Shown piece after piece: positions 38,224-48,318 of a stretch of DNA of 64,000 nucleotides. Each line of letters begins with the position of its first letter. Within the stretch, counting starts at the first letter, position 1. A program made the position numbers and the translations under genes. The DNA is from Candidatus Eiseniibacteriota bacterium (lineage in GTDB: Bacteria; Eisenbacteria; RBG-16-71-46; CAVPCR01), in assembly GCA_963702435.1 (NCBI GenBank), contig CAVPCR010000001.1:736001-800000 (forward strand), read 5' to 3'. The notes below the pieces were generated by a model that saw only the letters and a list, made by a program, of their open reading frames with translations, was not told where the DNA came from and searched no databases.

Positions 38224-39936
38224 TCAGGGCAGGCGGATCACGCGCGCGCGCGACGGCACGCCGCTCGCCGGCGCGTCGAGACGAATCCAGTAGATGCCGG
38301 CCGGGACCATCCGGCCGCCGGGATCCCGGCCATCCCAGCGCAGGATGCCGCTCGCCGGGACGGCGAGGCGCGCGACGGTGCGGCCGGCCGCGTCGGAGAT
38401 GGAGAGACGCGATCCCGTCCCCATTGCCGCCGGAGCGCGCACCGTGATGCGCACGGCCTCGCCGGAGCGCGACGGATTGGGCCTGCAGAGGAGCGCGGGC
38501 GCCGGTGCGGGCGCGGGCGGCGGATCGCCGATGCCGATCGCTCCGCGCTCGCCGCGCGATGTGTAGATCTTCCAGCTCGCGAGGCCCGGCCGCGTATCCG
38601 ACCACGCGCCGTGCACGACCTCGCTCGTCACCGGTGCGAGCACCGTGTTCTGCGCCGCGCCGCCGCTCGGATCGTCGTCCATGCGGCAGGCATCCTCGGT
38701 CCAGGTGCGCCCGCCGTCCGACGACGCGCGGAAGTAGGCGTCCCAGGTGCCGTCGAGGAGATCGAAGCCGGCGAAGACCCGGCCGTCCCTGGTCGCCAGC
38801 GAGGAGTAGGTCCCGGTGCCGCCGGGCGCGGGCGGATCCACCTGGGCGCTGGCGTCCCAGCTCGCACCCTGATCGGTCGACACGCTGGTCCGGAAGTGAT
38901 TGCTCGCGAGATCGGCGTTCGAGAGCCAGCCGGCGGTGAGCGCGCCGCCGGCGAGCTGGACCAGCGCGTGTGAGGACACCTGCTGGTAATAGGGCTCGAT
39001 GTCGTTCACCCGGACTCCGTTCGACCAGGTGGCGCCGCCGTCGCTCGATCGGTAGAAGTAGACGTTCGGATAGCGGCCGCCGGGCACGTTCCCGCGCCAG
39101 TCGTTGGTCACGCAATGGAGGATCTCGGCCCCGGGCGGACCGGAGCCCGGATCGACGAGGAGGCAGGGATCCCCGGCCACCGGCTCGTAGCCGAGCCCGT
39201 CGCTCACGCGGCTCTCGGCTCCCCAGGTCGCCCCGCCGTCGGTCGTGCTCCGGGTGTAAACCTGGTGTCGCACGCCCTCGCGCCAGTCGGTCCATGCCAC
39301 GAAGTAGCGCGACTCGTCGAGGACAGCCAGGCTCGCGTTCATGAAATCGGCCGAGCTCGGCGGGCTGCCGGCCGTGTTGATCCGCACTTCCGGAGTCCAC
39401 GGCACGCCGCCCCCGGAGGGATCGCGCCGCGAGAGGTAGAGGTTGATCACGCCCGCGCGGTCGTCCTCCCACACGGCGACCGGAATACCTGCCGGTGTGA
39501 TCTCGAGATCCACGAATTTGCACGCGGTGCCCGTGGTCCGCGTGTCCACCTGCTCGGGGATCGCCCACGTGGCGCCGCCGTCGGTCGAGAACGTGCAGAA
39601 GATGTGATGCTCGCCGTCGAGATGATCGTCCATCCACGCGAGCGTGATCGTGCCGTCCGGCAGGACGGCGATGTCGGGCCACAGGTGCTGGCCCGCGATC
39701 TCGAAATGGGGCCGGCGGTTGATCGCGAAGAGCCAGTCGCACGTGTCGCCGGCGCCCGCGCCGGGTGCACCGGCCGGGACGGCGGGAGCGAGCGAGCGCT
39801 CGAACATCCAGGTCGCGGTCGGCGCGTCGAAGCGCGGCGCCGACGCGGCGGCGCCGGGCAGGACGGCGGCCGGGAGCAGGACGAGCGCAAGCGCGAGCGC
39901 ACAGGCCGGCGATGCAGCAGTGTCGTGTGGGATCAT
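38224..39936 (-). CDS. Secreted BNR/Asp-box (sialidase-like) propeller protein with a FlgD-Ig C-terminus
   Basis: STDGGATW, TTDGGATW, SSDGGATW, STDQGASW, SSDGGRTW; PNPSR..DAAGR..WDGRD..PAGIYW. Confidence 0.85.
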   Translation of the reverse strand: MIPHDTAASPACALALALVLLPAAVLPGAAASAPRFDAPTATWMFERSLAPAVPAGAPGAGAGDTCDWLFAINRRPHFEIAGQHLWPDIAVLPDGTITLAWMDDHLDGEHHIFCTFSTDGGATWAIPEQVDTRTTGTACKFVDLEITPAGIPVAVWEDDRAGVINLYLSRRDPSGGGVPWTPEVRINTAGSPPSSADFMNASLAVLDESRYFVAWTDWREGVRHQVYTRSTTDGGATWGAESRVSDGLGYEPVAGDPCLLVDPGSGPPGAEILHCVTNDWRGNVPGGRYPNVYFYRSSDGGATWSNGVRVNDIEPYYQQVSSHALVQLAGGALTAGWLSNADLASNHFRTSVSTDQGASWDASAQVDPPAPGGTGTYSSLATRDGRVFAGFDLLDGTWDAYFRASSDGGRTWTEDACRMDDDPSGGAAQNTVLAPVTSEVVHGAWSDTRPGLASWKIYTSRGERGAIGIGDPPPAPAPAPALLCRPNPSRSGEAVRITVRAPAAMGTGSRLSISDAAGRTVARLAVPASGILRWDGRDPGGRMVPAGIYWIRLDAPASGVPSRARVIRLP

Positions 39937-40143
39937 CGGGGGACTCCGCGATCGAGGGACCATGGCGGGTGCGGTGGTCGTGGCCGATCGACCGGCCCGG
40001 CCATCCGCTCCGGACTCCTTCCAGTATACCGCTTGTGCCGCTCCGCCCGCGGTAGCCACGAGCCCGGCGCGGACGGATCCGCGCCGATCCAGCGGTCCGT
40101 TGACAGGGTGGGCCGATTCGCCCAGGCTCGCCGCCCAGGTCCC

Positions 40144-40905
40144 ATGAACGACGACACCGCCATCCCGCCCACCCGGGCGATCTTCCACGAGGACTCCTAC
40201 CGGCGGGAGTTCGCGGCCACGGTCGTCGCTGCCGGCGCGGACGGCATCGCGCTCGACCGGACCGCCTTCTTTCCCGGGGGCGGCGGCCAGCCCGCCGACC
40301 GCGGCGAGCTCGCCTGGGACGGCGACCGCCATCCGGTGCACGAGATGGCGAAGCGCGGCGCCGCGATCTGGCACCGGCTCGCGCCCGGATCTCCCCTCCC
40401 CGCTCCCGGCACGCGCCTCACGGGCGCCCTCGACTGGGATCACCGCTACGCGCTCATGCGCACGCACACCGCGCTCCACATCCTGTGCGGCGTCATCTGG
40501 CGCGACTTCGGATCGCAGGTGACGGGCTCCAGCATGAAGCCGCTCGCCGCACGCATGGACTTCGAGCTCGAGGGCATGCCGAAGGATCTCGCCCAGGAGA
40601 TCGCGGTGCGCGTCAACGCCGAGATCGAGCTGGGACGCGAGATTCGCGTCTCCACGCTCCCGCGCGCCGAGGCGCTCGCGATCCCCGACCTCGTCCGCAC
40701 GAAAGTGAACCTGCTCCCGGCCGAGATCCAGGAGATCCGGATCGTCGACATCGTCGGCCTCGACTGCCAGGCCGACGGCGGCACCCACGTCGCCAGCACC
40801 CGGGAGGTGGGCCGGGTCCAGGTGGTGAAGCACGAGAGCAAGGGGCGGATCAACAAGCGCCTCTACATCGAGATCGTCCCGGCCGTCGCGGCCGCCTTTG
40901 CGTGA
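40144..40905 (+). CDS. alaX: Alanyl-tRNA editing protein AlaX
   Basis: LDRTAFFPGGGGQPADRG, MRTHTALHIL, DGGTHV. Confidence 0.92.
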   Translation: MNDDTAIPPTRAIFHEDSYRREFAATVVAAGADGIALDRTAFFPGGGGQPADRGELAWDGDRHPVHEMAKRGAAIWHRLAPGSPLPAPGTRLTGALDWDHRYALMRTHTALHILCGVIWRDFGSQVTGSSMKPLAARMDFELEGMPKDLAQEIAVRVNAEIELGREIRVSTLPRAEALAIPDLVRTKVNLLPAEIQEIRIVDIVGLDCQADGGTHVASTREVGRVQVVKHESKGRINKRLYIEIVPAVAAAFA

Positions 40906-40968
40906 TCTTGACGTGGCTTTGGGATCCTCTTCCGGCTTCTCCCCCGATCCAGTCCGTGCCAAGGAGAC

Positions 40969-41502
40969 ATGATGACGGGAAACGATCGCCGGCGCCCTGC
41001 CGGCGGGACCCTTGCGGTCCTCGTCGTGGTCGGCCTCCTTCTCCGCGCGCCGGCCGCCGGTGCGGCCGTCCCGCCGGCGGCGGGCGACATCTACCTCGCC
41101 GCCTTCGCCGGCGCGCAAGTCGCAGATGACGGGTCATCGACGATCGCCGGTCCGGCGGTGGGCACGGCGTTCGGTTATGCAGTCGCCAACAACGTGGTGA
41201 TCGAGCCCGAGGTGGTATTCGGCCATCTCTCGGACGATGTCGGAGTATTCCTGACCGCGACCGCGAACCTGCTCTACTATGTCGATGTCGGCTCGCGCGC
41301 GACGCCCTACTTCGGAGGCGGACTGGGCGTCAGCAACGCCGATGGCTCCGACTTCTTCATGCACGTCGGTGGTGGCGTCGACGTTGCGACTCTCGGGCAG
41401 TCCGCAACGCTGCGGCTCGATGTGCGCGTCGGATTCCTCACCATCGACCAGAGCAACACGACCATCCGGCCCGGCGTGTTCGTGGTTCTCCCGCTGCGCT
41501 AG
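40969..41502 (+). CDS. Small outer membrane beta-barrel protein
   Basis: AAGGAG RBS, signal peptide, TPYFGGGLG, GGGVD, alternating strands. Confidence 0.8.
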   Translation: MMTGNDRRRPAGGTLAVLVVVGLLLRAPAAGAAVPPAAGDIYLAAFAGAQVADDGSSTIAGPAVGTAFGYAVANNVVIEPEVVFGHLSDDVGVFLTATANLLYYVDVGSRATPYFGGGLGVSNADGSDFFMHVGGGVDVATLGQSATLRLDVRVGFLTIDQSNTTIRPGVFVVLPLR

Positions 41503-41607
41503 CCGGCGCCGCCGCTGCTTGCCTGCTGCTTGCCGTTCGTCTAGTCTCGCGCTGTCACGGACGGTCCGTTCTCCTTCGGTCCCGGATCCAGCCAGGGAGC
41601 GCACCCT

Positions 41608-42828
41608 ATGCAGTGGGCATCTGCCGTCTCCGAATCTCCTCGGTTCGATGAGGCCGTCGCCGCCGTCGCCCGCGACATCGCCGCCCAGATGCAGGGCCAG
41701 GCGATCGACGTGGCCCTCGCCTTCATCTCCCCGCATCACGCGGCCCACTTCCTGGAGCTCCCGGCGGCGCTCGCCCGCGCGATCCCCCATCGCCAGCTCG
41801 CCGGCTGCTCGGCCGGCGGGGTGATCGGCGGCGGGCACGAGGTGGAGCAGCGGCCCGGCCTCGCGGTCGTCACCGCGCACCTGCCCGAGGTGACCGTGAC
41901 GCCGATCCACATGGACGGCGACTCGCTCCCCGACCTCGACGGCAGCCCGCGGGCATGGCAGGACTCGATCGGCGTGCCGGGCGACCCGACTCCGCACTTC
42001 ATCGTCCTCGTCGATCCCTTCACCTTTCCCGCCGAGGATCTCCTGGCCGGGCTCGACTACGCCTATCCGGAGAGCCGCAAGCTGGGCGGGATCGCGAGCG
42101 GCGCCGAGCAACCGGGACAGAACGCGCTCTACGCCGGCGGCCGGGTGCATCGCGCCGGGGCGGTCGTCGTGGCGCTCGCGGGCAACATCGCGGTCGACAC
42201 GGTCGTCGCGCAGGGCTGCCGGCCGATCGGGAAGCCGATGCTGGTCACGCGCGCCGAGCGGAACATCCTCCTCAAGCTCGACGGCAAGTCGCCGCTCGAG
42301 GTGATCCAGGGGCTCGTCGAGGAGCTCTCGGCGGCCGATCGCCGGCTCGCCCAGCGCGCCCTCTTCCTCGGCATCGTGAAGGACGCCCTGATCACGGAGC
42401 CCGGGGCCGGGGATTTCCTCGTGCGCAACATCATCGGCGTCGATCCCGAGCGCGGCGCGCTGGCGATCGGCGAGATCCTCGAGGAGGGGCAGGTCGTGCA
42501 GTTCCAGCTCCGCGACGCCGAGGCGGCCGCCGCGGATCTGCGCGCGCTCCTCGGGCGGGCAGGCACGCCGGCGGCGGCGAGCGGCGCTCCGCAACATGCG
42601 GTCCCCCGCGGCGCGCTCCTGTTCTCCTGCCTCGGACGCGGCATGGGGCTCTTCGGCCGGCCCGACCACGACACGGAGCTCTTCCGGCGCCGCTTCCAGG
42701 ACGTGCCGGTCGGCGGCTTCTTCGCCAGCGGCGAGATCGGACCGGTCGGCGCGAGCACGCACCTGCACGGGTACACGAGCGCCTTCGGGATCTTCCGGCC
42801 GGTGCGCGAGAGCGCGGCCGCGGGCTGA
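41608..42828 (+). CDS. FIST N/C-domain sensory protein
   Basis: GCSAGGVIG, GGIASG, VAQGCRPIG, QFQLRD, LFSCLGRG, GEIGP..LHGYT. Confidence 0.92.
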   Translation: MQWASAVSESPRFDEAVAAVARDIAAQMQGQAIDVALAFISPHHAAHFLELPAALARAIPHRQLAGCSAGGVIGGGHEVEQRPGLAVVTAHLPEVTVTPIHMDGDSLPDLDGSPRAWQDSIGVPGDPTPHFIVLVDPFTFPAEDLLAGLDYAYPESRKLGGIASGAEQPGQNALYAGGRVHRAGAVVVALAGNIAVDTVVAQGCRPIGKPMLVTRAERNILLKLDGKSPLEVIQGLVEELSAADRRLAQRALFLGIVKDALITEPGAGDFLVRNIIGVDPERGALAIGEILEEGQVVQFQLRDAEAAAADLRALLGRAGTPAAASGAPQHAVPRGALLFSCLGRGMGLFGRPDHDTELFRRRFQDVPVGGFFASGEIGPVGASTHLHGYTSAFGIFRPVRESAAAG

Positions 42829-42899
42829 CGAGGCGCGCAGACACGCGCTGACGAGGCGCGCAGACACGCGCTGGCGAGGCGCGGAGACACGCGCTGACG
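42824..42899. repeat. 23-bp tandem repeat x3 plus a partial copy, starting at the FIST stop codon
   Basis: GCTGACGAGGCGCGCAGACACGC units at 42824, 42847 and 42870. Confidence 0.9.
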
Positions 42900-43218
42900 C
42901 CGTCCGGATCGGCAACGCAGCAAGGCCGGCGGCGAGGAGGACGCGGGGGGTCCCCGTTCCCCGCTCCACCTGCCACCGGCCGTGCTCGTGATGTGGGTGG
43001 CAGGCCGGGACCGGGCGGTCCGGATGGAATCCGGTTGCCTGGCCTCGCCCTGACCTCCCGGCCCCCACCCAGCTCGGTGCGCGAGAAGCGCTGGCGTCAG
43101 AGGTCCGACCGCGAGGGGGTCGGCTGCCGGCGGGGATGACCAGGAGACGGGCGAAGGGGCGGAGAAATACGGGGCGCGCGGCGGAGACGGGCGGGCAGCG
43201 GCGCGGCCGGCCGGGCGG

Positions 43219-44316
43219 CTAGCGCTGCGGCTCGATGATCACCTTGACCGATTCGCGCCCGTCGAGGACCAGCGCGAACCCCTCCCCGGTCGCGGCGAGA
43301 CCGAGGCGATGGGTGATCATCTCGCCCACCCGCACGCGGCGCGCGCGGATCAGCTCGAGCGCCTGCATGAGATCGGCGGGGCTCCCGGCGTAGGAGGTCG
43401 TGAGCGTCACGTCGTTCCGGAAGAAGAAGTCGTTGATCGAGACCGGCACGCGCGCCCCCTGCTCGGTCGGCGCGAAGAGGAGCACGGTGCCGCCGCGCTC
43501 GACCGCGCTCATCCCCTGCTCGACCGCCGCCGTGGCCCCGGCGCAGACGATGACGATATCGGCGAGCCGGCCCTCGTTGAGCGCGCGGACGCGCGCGGGC
43601 ACGTCCTCGCGCGCCGAGATCGCGTGCTCAGCGCCGAGGCGCCGCGCGAGCTCGAGCCGCTTCTCGACGAGATCCACCGCGATCACGCGCCCCGCCCCGA
43701 GCGCCGCGGCGGCCTGGATGTGCAGGAGCCCGGCGATGCCGCTGCCGATGACGAGGACCGTGTCGGCCGGCACGAGCTGCGCCCGGCGGAGCCCGCGCAC
43801 GACGCAGGCCAGCGGCTCGACGAAGGTGCCCTCCTCGAACGACACCGCGGCGGGCAGCCGGAACACGCCGCGATCCACGTGGATCGGCTCGAGGCGGAGG
43901 TACTCGGCGAAGCCGCCCGGGTGGAAGTGCGTGCGGCGGAGGGTCGGGCACACCGTGTGATCCCCGCGCCGGCAGTGGTGGCAGGTATTGCAGGGGACGT
44001 GATGGGTGGCGACCACGCGGTCGCCGACCGTGAAGCCCGTGACCCCCTCGCCCACCGCGGCCACCTCGCCGGTCACCTCGTGGCCGAGGACCACGGGCAC
44101 GCGGTCGCGCCGGTACCACTCCATGAGATCCGAGCCGCAAATGCCGCTCGCCACGACGCGCAGCAGCATCTCGCCGGGGCCGATCGCCGGCCGCGGGAGC
44201 GACTCGAGCCGCACGTCGCGGTTCGCGTAGTACATGGCGACGCGCATCGGCGCGCCGGGGGCGGCGCTCGTCACGCTCGTCACGCTCCCTGCCGGGCCGC
44301 CCCCCGCGGCGTTCAT
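43219..44316 (-). CDS. Zinc-dependent (polyol) dehydrogenase
   Basis: GICGSD, GHE, CNTCHHC..C, GSGIAG; ATGA overlap with lsrF. Confidence 0.92.
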   Translation of the reverse strand: MNAAGGGPAGSVTSVTSAAPGAPMRVAMYYANRDVRLESLPRPAIGPGEMLLRVVASGICGSDLMEWYRRDRVPVVLGHEVTGEVAAVGEGVTGFTVGDRVVATHHVPCNTCHHCRRGDHTVCPTLRRTHFHPGGFAEYLRLEPIHVDRGVFRLPAAVSFEEGTFVEPLACVVRGLRRAQLVPADTVLVIGSGIAGLLHIQAAAALGAGRVIAVDLVEKRLELARRLGAEHAISAREDVPARVRALNEGRLADIVIVCAGATAAVEQGMSAVERGGTVLLFAPTEQGARVPVSINDFFFRNDVTLTTSYAGSPADLMQALELIRARRVRVGEMITHRLGLAATGEGFALVLDGRESVKVIIEPQR

Positions 44317-45170
44317 ACGCGGACGGCCGGGCGGCCGCCGCGGGGCGCACCGCCGGCGCGAGCGGCCCCGGGCGCCGCGCTCTGCGCCCGCGCCTCATTG
44401 AAGACCGCCACCGCCTCGTCCACCGAGGCGTTCCCGTGGACGACGGCCACGAGCCCCTTGATCATGGCCACCGGATGGTCGTGCTGCCAGACGTTCCGGC
44501 CGAGGTTGACGCCGATCGCGCCCTTCTGGATCCCATCCCACACGAAGTGGAAGACCTCGCGCTCGGTGTCGCACTTCGGCCCGCCCGCGATCACGACCGG
44601 CACCGGGCAGCCCTCGACCACCTTCTCGAATCCGTCCTCGCACCAGTAGGTCTTGACCACGCGCGCTCCATGCTCCGCGCAGATGCGCGAGGCCAGGGCG
44701 AGATAGCGGGCGTCGCGCTTCTCCATCTCCCGGCCCACGGCGGTGACCGCCATCACCGGCATGCCCACCGGCTCCGCCTCGTTCACCAGCCGGGCGAGAT
44801 TGGCGATGGTCTCGTGCTCGTAGTCGCTGCCGACGAAGACCGAGAGACCGACCGCGGCGGCGTTCAGGCGCACCGCTTCCTCGATCGACGTGGTGACTGT
44901 CTCGTGGGCGAGATCGCGCCCGACCATGCTCGCGCCGCCGGAGACGCGGAGGATGATCGGCTTCTCGAAGGAAGGCGGCACGCAGGCGCGCAGCACGCCG
45001 CGCGTGACGAAGAGCGCATCGAGATGCGGGGCGAGCGGCGCGATCGCCTCCCACGGACGCTCGAGGCGGGTGGTCGGACCCTGGAAATAGCCATGATCGA
45101 CGGCGAGAAAGTAGCAGCGCCCGTCGGCGGGAATGACGCGCGCCAGGCGATTGGCCATGCCCCAGTCCAT
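44313..45170 (-). CDS. lsrF: LsrF-like thiolase / DhnA class I aldolase
   Basis: MDWGMANRL, LAVDHGYFQGPT, MAVTAVG, VVKTY, VVIAGGPK, GRNVWQ. Confidence 0.9.
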   Translation of the reverse strand: MDWGMANRLARVIPADGRCYFLAVDHGYFQGPTTRLERPWEAIAPLAPHLDALFVTRGVLRACVPPSFEKPIILRVSGGASMVGRDLAHETVTTSIEEAVRLNAAAVGLSVFVGSDYEHETIANLARLVNEAEPVGMPVMAVTAVGREMEKRDARYLALASRICAEHGARVVKTYWCEDGFEKVVEGCPVPVVIAGGPKCDTEREVFHFVWDGIQKGAIGVNLGRNVWQHDHPVAMIKGLVAVVHGNASVDEAVAVFNEARAQSAAPGAARAGGAPRGGRPAVRV

Positions 45171-45305
45171 GTCTTCACGTCTCCTGTCGATAGGAAGCGG
45201 GAGGATCCCGAACAGCCGCGCCAAGCGCGGCCGCAAGGCGACGCTCGGCACAAGGAGCGTCATTTTACCGGCTCGGGAACGGCCGGTCTATACTCGGTTC
45301 CGCCG

Positions 45306-46487
45306 ATGGATCCCATCTACAAGAGCGAGCTCAACAAGGACGTCAAGCCGGCCGCCGCCGGCGAGTTCGAGCCGATCGCGATCGGCCCGCTCGCGGTGTG
45401 GCCCCCGGTCGTCCTGGCGCCGATGGCCGGTGTCACCAACCCGCCCTATCGCACGCTCTGCCGGCGCTTCGGCGCGGGGCTCTACGTGAGCGAGATGATC
45501 ACGGCGCGCCCGCTCGCCGAGGGCCAGCGGCGGACGCTCCTCCGCGCGAGCTTCAACCCCGAGGAGACGACCCGGAGCCTCCAGCTCTACGGCGTCGATC
45601 CGCACTATGTCGGCGCGGCGGTCCAGTTCCTGGTCGGCGAGGGCCGCGTCGACCACATCGACATGAACTTCGGCTGCCCGGTCCGGAAGGTGACGCGGCA
45701 TGGAGGCGGCGCCGCGATCCCGCTCAAGCCGCGGCTTCTCCGCGCGATCGTGCGCGCCGCGGTCCGGAACGCGGGCCCGGTGCCGGTGACGATCAAGTTC
45801 CGGATCGGACTCAACGACCGCTACCAGACCTATCTCGACGCGGGACGGATCGCCGCGGAGGAAGGATGCGCGGCGGTCGGGCTCCATGCGCGCACGGCCG
45901 CCCAGCTCTACGCCGGAGAGGCCGACTGGTCGGCGATCGCGCGCTTGAAGGCGGCGGTGCCCGGGATCCCGGTGCTCGGGAACGGCGACATCTGGGAGGC
46001 GGAGGACGCGCTCCGCATGATGCGGACGACCGGATGCGACGGCGTCATCGTCGGCCGCGGCTGCCTGGGGCGGCCGTGGCTGTTCCGCGACCTGGCCCAC
46101 GTCTTCGCCGGTCAGGAGCCTCTGAACCCGCCCGCCCTCGGCGGCGTGATCGAGATCATGCTCGAGCACGCGCGGCTCCTCACCACCTGGCAGGGCGAGG
46201 CGGCCGCCATGCGCGCCTTCCGCAAGCACGCCGGCTGGTACACGAAGGGGTTCGCGCGCGGCTCGGCGCTCCGCGAGAAGCTCATGGCGGTCGAGACCCA
46301 GGCCGAGCTCGCCCGGGTCCTCGCCACGGCCGATCCCGCCCAGCCGTTCCCGCCGCACGCCATGCGCACGCGCCGCGGCAAGTCCGGGGGCACGCAGTCG
46401 GTGGCGCTCCCCCGCGGCTATCTCGACGATCTCGACGATGCGACGCCGCCCGGCGCCGCCGCCGAGGACGCGATCTCGGGCGGCTGA
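45306..46487 (+). CDS. dusB: tRNA dihydrouridine synthase B
   Basis: LAPMAGVT, IDMNFGCPVRKV, LHART, NGDI, GRGCLGRPW. Confidence 0.95.
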   Translation: MDPIYKSELNKDVKPAAAGEFEPIAIGPLAVWPPVVLAPMAGVTNPPYRTLCRRFGAGLYVSEMITARPLAEGQRRTLLRASFNPEETTRSLQLYGVDPHYVGAAVQFLVGEGRVDHIDMNFGCPVRKVTRHGGGAAIPLKPRLLRAIVRAAVRNAGPVPVTIKFRIGLNDRYQTYLDAGRIAAEEGCAAVGLHARTAAQLYAGEADWSAIARLKAAVPGIPVLGNGDIWEAEDALRMMRTTGCDGVIVGRGCLGRPWLFRDLAHVFAGQEPLNPPALGGVIEIMLEHARLLTTWQGEAAAMRAFRKHAGWYTKGFARGSALREKLMAVETQAELARVLATADPAQPFPPHAMRTRRGKSGGTQSVALPRGYLDDLDDATPPGAAAEDAISGG

Positions 46488-46511
46488 GGCGCCCGCACAC
46501 GCAGGAGAACG

Positions 46512-46628
46512 CTACTTCTTCTTCGCGTTGCCCTTGCCGCCCGCGCCCGGCCCGCACTTCCTGGCGAGCCCCGGCGGCAGCGACTTACCCGGCGCCGGCT
46601 GCCACGGCCCGGCCACGGCGAGGCTCAT
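46512..46628 (-). CDS. 38-aa small ORF or gene remnant with an LPPGLARK motif
   Basis: MSLAVAGPWQPAPGKSLPPGLARKCGPGAGGKGNAKKK*, GGAG upstream; below the ORF-track cutoff. Confidence 0.4.
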   Translation of the reverse strand: MSLAVAGPWQPAPGKSLPPGLARKCGPGAGGKGNAKKK

Positions 46629-46805
46629 CTCCCAGCTCCCCTCCGGCGCCGGGCGAGTGGATGACGGTCCCCTGAGCGGCAGGCGCCTGGGACGGAAGCT
46701 CTCCTTTCGTCATCGACCGGCCCGCGTCCCGTCCTTAAGTCGCGGCGCCCCGGCTCCGGATCAGGCGCCCCGGGCTCGGGGCAAGGGCCCCAGGACCAAA
46801 CGCAA

Positions 46806-46838
46806 GCGGCGCGCGGGGCTTCACACCCCGCGCGCCGC
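46806..46838 (-). terminator. Terminator hairpin after the OmpA gene
   Basis: 13-bp stem GCGGCGCGCGGGG/CCCCGCGCGCCGC, followed by TTGCGTTT on the minus strand. Confidence 0.75.
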
Positions 46839-46887
46839 GCTGCATGGGGCAGGCCACGCTCGCGCGTGGCCTACCTGTCCCGAGGTC

Positions 46888-48318
46888 CTACTTCTTCGGG
46901 ACCTGCTTCTTGAGGACGTCCGTGTTGAGCACCTTGAACTCGACACGGCGGTTCATGGCCTTGCCCTCGGCGGTCTTGTTGTCACCGATCGGCTGCGTCT
47001 CGCCGTAGCCGACGACCGTGTACTGCGACGCGTTGAGGGTCGGGAACTTCCCCTTCAGGTAGTCGAGCACCGACTGGGCACGCGCCTGCGAGAGCTTCTG
47101 GTTCAGCGCATCGGAGCCCGAGGAGTCGGTGTGACCGCCGATCTCGACCTTGAGATCGGGCCAGTTCTTGAGCGCCTCGCCGACCGCATCGAGGGTCGCG
47201 TGGGACGCCGGAAGGAGGGTGGCCTTGCCCGTCGCGAACGTGATGTTCGAGATCCGGAGGAGGCCCGTGTCGAGGATCTGGGTCTGCATCGCCGTGCAGC
47301 CATTCGCATCGACCTGGGTCCCGGCCGGGGTGTTCGGGCAGAGATCCTTGCCGTCGCAGACGCCGTCGCCGTCCGAATCGGTCGGGCAACCGTTCGCATC
47401 CACGATGCAGCCAGCGCCCGTATCAGCGCACTGGTCCTTGCCGTCGCAGACGCCGTCGCCGTCCGAGTCGATCGGGCAGCCGTTCGCGTCGACGCGGCAA
47501 CCGGTCGGCGTATCGGCGCACTGGTCGAGGCCGTCGGCGATGCCGTCGCCGTCCGAATCGGTCGGGCAGCCCTTCGCATCCACCTTGGCGCCCGCCGGGG
47601 TGCCCGGGCACTGATCGATGCCGTCGAACACGCCGTCGCCGTCACCGTCGGTCGGGCAGCCGTCCTTGGCGACGGTCGCGCCCATCGGGGTGGCCGGACA
47701 CTTGTCCTTGCGATCGATGATGCCGTCCTTGTCCGCATCCGGCACGTGGCCGAAGAGATCGAACTGGAGGCCCGCGGTGTAGATGAAGTTGTGCCGCAGG
47801 TCGTCGTTCGAGGCGTCCGGGATGCGGTCGAGCATCATGTCGCGGAACTCGGTCCTGAGCCCGATGCGCTCGTTGAACATCCACTTGAGGCCGCCGCCGA
47901 CCTCCCACCCGTTGCGCGTGGCCGAGTCGTCCCCGCCCGGGAGAGTGGTCGAGTAGTCGACCTTGATCTCGGTCCACCCGGCGACGACGTAGGGAACGAC
48001 CCGCGCATGCGGCGCCAGGTTGATGATCAGATCGGCGCCGTAGGGATAGATGTCGAGGTCGTTGGCGAAGGGTCCCACGGTCTCGGCCGGGCTCATGCCG
48101 TAGTGGCCTTCCACGCCGAGCCAGGAATTGAAGAAGATCGCCAGCCGACCGCCATAGACAATGGCGTTCTCGGCCACCGGCCCTTCCTGCTCATCCCAGT
48201 CCGCGTAGCCGACGTAAGGCGTCAGGCCGATATGGAATCCGCTAACCCCCGCCTGCGCCGTCCCGAGCCATGCACAGCTCGCCAGCGCAAACAGCATCAG
48301 AGTCCGGCGCAAGTTCAT
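46888..48318 (-). CDS. ompA: OmpA-family protein (beta-barrel, TSP3 Ca-binding repeats, OmpA-C domain)
   Basis: DSDGDGV.D..D.C repeats; GHTD, NQKLSQARA, GYGETQP, NRRVE. Confidence 0.93.
   Translation of the reverse strand: MNLRRTLMLFALASCAWLGTAQAGVSGFHIGLTPYVGYADWDEQEGPVAENAIVYGGRLAIFFNSWLGVEGHYGMSPAETVGPFANDLDIYPYGADLIINLAPHARVVPYVVAGWTEIKVDYSTTLPGGDDSATRNGWEVGGGLKWMFNERIGLRTEFRDMMLDRIPDASNDDLRHNFIYTAGLQFDLFGHVPDADKDGIIDRKDKCPATPMGATVAKDGCPTDGDGDGVFDGIDQCPGTPAGAKVDAKGCPTDSDGDGIADGLDQCADTPTGCRVDANGCPIDSDGDGVCDGKDQCADTGAGCIVDANGCPTDSDGDGVCDGKDLCPNTPAGTQVDANGCTAMQTQILDTGLLRISNITFATGKATLLPASHATLDAVGEALKNWPDLKVEIGGHTDSSGSDALNQKLSQARAQSVLDYLKGKFPTLNASQYTVVGYGETQPIGDNKTAEGKAMNRRVEFKVLNTDVLKKQVPKK

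Noticed and set aside
42824..42899. Possible CRISPR array
   Set aside because: The 23-bp units are head-to-tail with no spacers, and no cas genes are present.
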